From: an uncultured Alphaproteobacteria bacterium
GTDB taxonomy: Bacteria > Pseudomonadota > Alphaproteobacteria > HIMB59 > GCA-002718135
Assembly: GCA_902514875.1 (NCBI GenBank)
Contig: CABXSY010000002.1
Coordinates: 12,083-76,082 of the forward strand
Length of the DNA stretch: 64,000 nucleotides
Direction: 5' to 3'
The position numbers and the translations under genes were made by a program. Positions within the stretch are counted from its first letter, which is position 1, and every line of letters begins with the position of its first letter. Below the pieces are notes generated by a model. That model made no database searches, had not been told where the DNA came from, and saw only the letters and a list, made by a program, of their open reading frames with translations. Below, piece after piece: positions 60,032-64,000 of this stretch.

Positions 60032-60313
60032 TTAATTAGATTTTGATAGAATAGTTTTTTTTAATTTTTTAGCCTTTAAGGGCAGTTTAGAGCTTGGTGT
60101 ATTGATGAGGAATTCATCTAATCCACCTTTTTTTTCTACTGTACGTATAGTACTAACTGCAACTTTAAGTTGAAATTTTTGTCCCAATACTTCACTAACA
60201 AAAGTAATGTTCTGAAGGTTTGGTTTAAAACGTCTTTTAGTTCTATTTTTGGCATGACTTACGTTGTTACCAGTTTGGAAGGATTTTCCAGTTAATTCAC
60301 ATCTCATTGACAT
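60032..60313 (-). CDS. rpmB: 50S ribosomal protein L28
   Basis: MSMRCELTGKSFQTGNNVSHAKNRTKRRFKPNLQ matches the L28 N-terminal consensus. Confidence 0.93.
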   Translation of the reverse strand: MSMRCELTGKSFQTGNNVSHAKNRTKRRFKPNLQNITFVSEVLGQKFQLKVAVSTIRTVEKKGGLDEFLINTPSSKLPLKAKKLKKTILSKSN

Positions 60314-60356
60314 AATGAGTTTGCATGTAAATATAAATATTACTTTGTCAAGTATT

Positions 60357-61193
60357 CTAGATACTAAATTTATCTATAATATAAGTTGGCGTTATTTGAT
60401 GATTTTTAATTAAATTATTTATTTGATTTAAATCTTTATGAATACCAGATTTTACTAAAACACTATCTATTTCAAAGTTATTAGCACCTTGAATGTCATG
60501 AAACAATGAGTCTCCAATAGCTACTGTTCTTTTTTTTTCTAAATTAATTTGATTAATGGTTGCATTGTATATGCTTACATCAGGCTTACCTTTTATAATA
60601 ACATTTCCACCCATTTTTTTGTATATTTCACCAATAGCACCCATACAGAAAATATTATTGTAAGTATTACTTTCAACTGTTTCAAAGTCAGGGTTTGCAC
60701 AATACATTGTTATTTCTTTATTGTAAGCTGCTTCTAGTAATGGAATATAATCTATTGGTTGTAAATTTACAAAAGGAGTACAAGCTAAAATTAAATCTGC
60801 TTCTTTTACTTTTTCTACAAAATTAAAGTTTAAACCATCTCTAAAATTTAGACCATCCTCTTTTTCTTCATTATAAATATGAAAACAATTTTTTTTATTT
60901 TTATTATCTAAAAATTCTTTTTTAAGTAATTGCCAAATCATTTCTCCACTTGTTACTATATTTATAAAAGAATTTTTTTTAAAACCAAGTTTTGGCAATC
61001 TATCTATGGATGATTTTGATCTTTTTGACGAATTTGAAATTATAAACAAATTTTTATTATTACTATTCAGTAGATTAATAGAATTAACAGCATGCTCATA
61101 TCCAAATGCTCCATCATGCATTACACCCCATTGATCAATTATAAAACTATCATAATCATTAATAATTTCTTCAATTGATTTTATTTTTTTCAT
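60357..61193 (-). CDS. HAD-superfamily class IIA hydrolase (TIGR01459-like)
   Basis: FIIDQWGVMHDG (nucleophile motif DxxG), ISNSSKR, and AIGDSLFHDIQGA. Confidence 0.8.
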   Translation of the reverse strand: MKKIKSIEEIINDYDSFIIDQWGVMHDGAFGYEHAVNSINLLNSNNKNLFIISNSSKRSKSSIDRLPKLGFKKNSFINIVTSGEMIWQLLKKEFLDNKNKKNCFHIYNEEKEDGLNFRDGLNFNFVEKVKEADLILACTPFVNLQPIDYIPLLEAAYNKEITMYCANPDFETVESNTYNNIFCMGAIGEIYKKMGGNVIIKGKPDVSIYNATINQINLEKKRTVAIGDSLFHDIQGANNFEIDSVLVKSGIHKDLNQINNLIKNHQITPTYIIDKFSI

Positions 61194-61195
61194 TA

Positions 61196-62251
61196 CTATA
61201 CTGATTTACCAATAACTTGAGTTAGATTTTTATATCCATCAGTTTTAATTAGATCAATCAAATCACTTTTCACACTATTGATTAAATTTGGACCTGAATA
61301 AACCAAAGCAGTATATAGCTGAATTAAGGAAGCACCGGATTTAATTTTTTCATAACAGTCCCTTCCGCTTGATATACCACCCACACCTATTAATGGTATT
61401 TGACCATTTGTTAATTCATACATTTTTTTCAAAATAATATTTGAGTTATCATATAATGGTCTGCCACTTAGACCCCCTTTTTTTCCTTTATTCATTGAAA
61501 TTAAATTGGTCTCTCTTTTGATAGTACTATTTGTAAGTATTAAACCATCAATGTTATTAGCCAAAGAAATTAATGCTATATCTCTAAGTTGATCTTCATT
61601 TAAATCAGGTGAAATTTTAATTAATATAGGCTTGGTATTAATATTTTGTATTTCATCTCTTTTGTCTATAATTTTTTTAATTAATTTTTCTATATTTCCT
61701 CTCAATTGTAAATCCCTCAAACCTTCAGTATTTGGTGATGATATGTTTATAGTTATATAGCTTGCTAAATCGCCTAACTCTTCTAAGCCAATTAGATAAT
61801 CATCAATAGCTTCACTTGAATTTTTATTTTTTCCAATATTAACTCCTACAATTTTATTATTTAAGTATGATTTTTTGTGTTTAATTAAATTTTTTTTTAC
61901 TTTTTTAATACCCTTATTATTAAAACCTAAACTATTAATGATAGCTTTATCTTCACTTAATCTAAATACTCTAGGTTTAGAATTGCCACTTTGAGGTTGT
62001 GGAGTAATTGTACCAACTTCAAGAAACCCAAAACCAAATGAAAACATGGAATGCATAACTTCAGCATTTTTATCAAAACCGGCAGCAAGGCCTATAGGAT
62101 TTGTAAAATCTAAACCCATTAGATGTTGTGCAAGAATAGGATCCTCAATATTTTTTTGCCTTACTTTAAAATATTTTAGAAAATTAATTGTTATAGTATG
62201 AGATAACTCGGGTGGTAATAATCTTAATATTTTTAATGAACTATTGTACAA
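61196..62251 (-). CDS. pyrD: Dihydroorotate dehydrogenase (quinone), class 2
   Basis: 351 aa with GLAAGFDKNAE, FLEVGTITPQPQSGN, NISSPNT and GVGGISSG. Confidence 0.93.
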   Translation of the reverse strand: MYNSSLKILRLLPPELSHTITINFLKYFKVRQKNIEDPILAQHLMGLDFTNPIGLAAGFDKNAEVMHSMFSFGFGFLEVGTITPQPQSGNSKPRVFRLSEDKAIINSLGFNNKGIKKVKKNLIKHKKSYLNNKIVGVNIGKNKNSSEAIDDYLIGLEELGDLASYITINISSPNTEGLRDLQLRGNIEKLIKKIIDKRDEIQNINTKPILIKISPDLNEDQLRDIALISLANNIDGLILTNSTIKRETNLISMNKGKKGGLSGRPLYDNSNIILKKMYELTNGQIPLIGVGGISSGRDCYEKIKSGASLIQLYTALVYSGPNLINSVKSDLIDLIKTDGYKNLTQVIGKSV

Positions 62252-62255
62252 TAAA

Positions 62256-63839
62256 TTAATTATCTATTAATTTTTTTAGATAATCAATAGTTTCTCTTAA
62301 ACCAAATAATTTAAAAAATGATCCTAGTCTCGGGCCCTGATCCTGACCAAGCATAACTTGATATACTAGTTTAAAAAAATCTTTTAAGTTTTCAAATTCA
62401 TGTTTTTTACCTACTTCGTATAATAATGTTTGAATATCTTCAGATGAACTGTTTTCAGTAACCTCATTTTCTATAACATTAATAATATCAATAAATACTT
62501 CCCTATTACTACTATCAATCTCTAAAAATTTCTTTTTAGGCAAAATAAAATCTTCATAGTAATTTAGTGCAAAGTCTATTAGGCGATCAAATTCAGGATT
62601 TTTATCAGCGTTAATTTGATCATCATATTTATTAATAAAAGACCATATTACTTTTTTATCTTTAGAATTAGAAACGTTAACTAGGTTAGTTAAGGTATTA
62701 AAATTTATTTCCGATTTGAATTCTTTCGGTTTGCCTGAATGAATATGCCAAATTGGATTATCATACTGTTTATTTTTATCTAATTTAGAGTACGAGTTAT
62801 AATGAGAAAGGTAGTCATCTACAGTTTTAGGAATTACATCAAAGTGAAGTTTCTTTGCTGATTTTGGTTTTTGGAACATATAGAGTGCAAGACTTTCAGG
62901 AGAAGCATAACGCAGCCACTCATCTACACTAATACCATTTCCAACTGATTTAGAAATTTTTTCACCTTTTTCATCTAAAAACATTTCATAAATTAGATTA
63001 GTGGGTGGTTTTTTATTTAATGCTCTGCAAATCTTGGAACCTAAATCAACACTTTCTGTAAGATCTTTACCACACATTTCGTAGTCAACATCAAACGACA
63101 TCCATCTCATTGCCCAATCAACTTTCCACTGTAACTTACATTTTCCATTAATTACTTCTGTTTCAACTAACTTGTCTAAAGATGGGTCTTTGTAAATAAT
63201 TGTTTTTGTATCCATTTTATATTCTTCAATTTTTACTTGAAGAACCTCACCTGAATTTTCACTTATTGGGAGAAATGGGCTATAAGTTTCTTTTCTCTCT
63301 GCCCTTAAGGTAGGTAAAATAATATCCAATATTTTTGGGTAGTTTTCAAATATACTTAATATTGTTTCATTAAAATCTCCATTTTGATATTTTTCTGTTG
63401 AGCTAACAAAATCATAATCGAAATTAAATTCATCTAAAAAACTTCTAAGTTTTGCATTATTATGATGTCCAAAACTTTCAAATTTACCAAATGGATCTGG
63501 TATCGAAGTAAGTGGCTTACCTATGAATTTTTCTAACATTTCTTTATTTGGAACATTTTCAGGAACTTTTCTTAATCCATCCATATCATCAGAAAATGTG
63601 ATCAGTTTTGTTGGACAATCAATTATAGAGCTAAATGCATTTTTTACCATTGATGTTCTTACAACTTCACCAAAAGTTCCAATATGAGGTAAACCTGAGG
63701 GGCCATAACCAGTTTCAAGTAATACATAACCTTTAGGTGGAATTTTAAAATTTTGTAAACCACCATTCTTTTTAATAATTTGTAATGCTTCTTTAAAAGG
63801 CCAAGCTTTTAAGGATTGTACTAATTCTTGATCAATCAT
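62256..63839 (-). CDS. lysK: Lysine--tRNA ligase, class I
   Basis: 527 aa. The HIGH-type motif is in PSGLPHIGTFGEV and the KMSKS-type motif in EKISKSVGNG. The N-terminus AWPFKEA is typical of class I LysRS. Confidence 0.9.
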   Translation of the reverse strand: MIDQELVQSLKAWPFKEALQIIKKNGGLQNFKIPPKGYVLLETGYGPSGLPHIGTFGEVVRTSMVKNAFSSIIDCPTKLITFSDDMDGLRKVPENVPNKEMLEKFIGKPLTSIPDPFGKFESFGHHNNAKLRSFLDEFNFDYDFVSSTEKYQNGDFNETILSIFENYPKILDIILPTLRAERKETYSPFLPISENSGEVLQVKIEEYKMDTKTIIYKDPSLDKLVETEVINGKCKLQWKVDWAMRWMSFDVDYEMCGKDLTESVDLGSKICRALNKKPPTNLIYEMFLDEKGEKISKSVGNGISVDEWLRYASPESLALYMFQKPKSAKKLHFDVIPKTVDDYLSHYNSYSKLDKNKQYDNPIWHIHSGKPKEFKSEINFNTLTNLVNVSNSKDKKVIWSFINKYDDQINADKNPEFDRLIDFALNYYEDFILPKKKFLEIDSSNREVFIDIINVIENEVTENSSSEDIQTLLYEVGKKHEFENLKDFFKLVYQVMLGQDQGPRLGSFFKLFGLRETIDYLKKLIDN

Positions 63840-64000
63840 TTAATTTTGCTCTAATTCTAATTTTTTTACCCAATAACAACTTTAATGAATTTGTGAAATT
63901 AAAAATTTCAGTTCCTAATTTATTAAATAATTCATTTTCTAAATCTACAACATTATCAATAATATTATCAATTAAATCATTTCCTGCTTCAGTTAGAATT
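63832..64000 (-). CDS. Hypothetical protein, C-terminal 55 codons only (gene continues beyond the window end)
   Basis: Hand translation of the rc gives ILTEAGNDLIDNIIDNVVDLENELFNKLGTEIFNFTNSLKLLLGKKIRIRAKLND*. Its TGA (63834-63832) overlaps the lysK start region by 8 nt. The reading frame is open to the window edge. I recognise no family. Confidence 0.5.
   Translation of the reverse strand, partial: ILTEAGNDLIDNIIDNVVDLENELFNKLGTEIFNFTNSLKLLLGKKIRIRAKLND

Noticed and set aside
140-60737. About 30 ORFs of 60-138 aa in the supplied track lie antisense to or inside longer genes. They are 140-322, 5623-5907, 6464-6751, 7003-7239, 7706-7972, 7894-8079, 15082-15312, 18418-18738, 18811-19227, 20189-20392, 22887-23102, 24801-25052, 27201-27416, 28458-28709, 34131-34334, 34728-34943, 36953-37165, 37376-37576, 38380-38580, 39913-40173, 42137-42469, 43544-43792, 45621-45977, 46775-47035, 56275-56547, 57430-57642, 59105-59341, 59766-59966 and 60549-60737.
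   Set aside because: Each is fully or largely contained in a longer ORF on the opposite strand that has clear family motifs. Their translations are low-complexity (Ser/Leu/Phe/Ile-rich mirror images of Lys/Glu/Asn-rich genes) with no recognisable motifs. 7894-8079 additionally runs through the intercistronic hairpin.
1-64000. A search for CRISPR arrays, transposases, integrases, prophage genes, toxin-antitoxin pairs or known defence systems.
   Set aside because: I saw no regularly spaced direct repeats. No ORF carries integrase, transposase, nuclease-helicase or other defence-type motifs I recognise. Both tRNA genes lack an adjacent integrase or a visible duplicated 3' segment.

Overview
This is an extremely AT-rich, almost spacer-free 64-kb chromosomal segment. 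I count about 63 protein-coding genes and 2 tRNAs. I recognise no rRNA, CRISPR array, transposase, integrase, phage gene or known defence gene. Gene content and order point to a genome-streamlined marine alphaproteobacterium, most consistent with SAR11/Pelagibacterales. The supporting synteny is YqeY-like gene-dnaG-rpoD, carA-carB-greA, lysC<>ubiG, bolA-J protein-cobS-cobT, class I LysRS, an ELM1-like gene, DUF4167 and DUF1178. This assignment is an inference from reading the sequence; no database search was possible. Positions ~16.2-64 kb are core housekeeping genes covering translation, transcription, and pyrimidine, arginine, shikimate, isoprenoid and ubiquinone synthesis, plus SecA and queuosine salvage. 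A few orphan or poorly understood genes are interspersed. Positions 1-16.2 kb look accessory. They hold a truncated sugar-binding-protein gene, a PhyH dioxygenase, class II FBA, an MFS transporter and a tRNA-CAT, followed by a ~12-kb divergent locus (4088-16231). That locus encodes a family-5 ABC importer, two GH4 glycosidases, a flavin-dependent-halogenase homologue with all signature motifs, a second PhyH dioxygenase and a PanB-like protein that seems to lack the PanB metal ligands. It contains no regulator gene. This locus is my best candidate for an undescribed system, possibly uptake and oxidative or halogenative processing of an unidentified decorated glycoside. Secondary puzzles are a PhyH paralogue with a possible HxG (halogenase-type) iron motif, a 29-Lys/60-residue basic tail on sigma-70, an ELM1-like/2OG-oxygenase pair, and cobS-cobT linked to bolA and a J protein with no cobN in the window. 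There is also a 42-codon membrane ORF coupled to a 589-aa secreted protein, a tRNA-Val with apparent C33, and zero-to-negative spacing at all 11 convergent gene junctions. All calls come from by-eye translation and motif recognition, so every family assignment needs an HMM or BLAST check.
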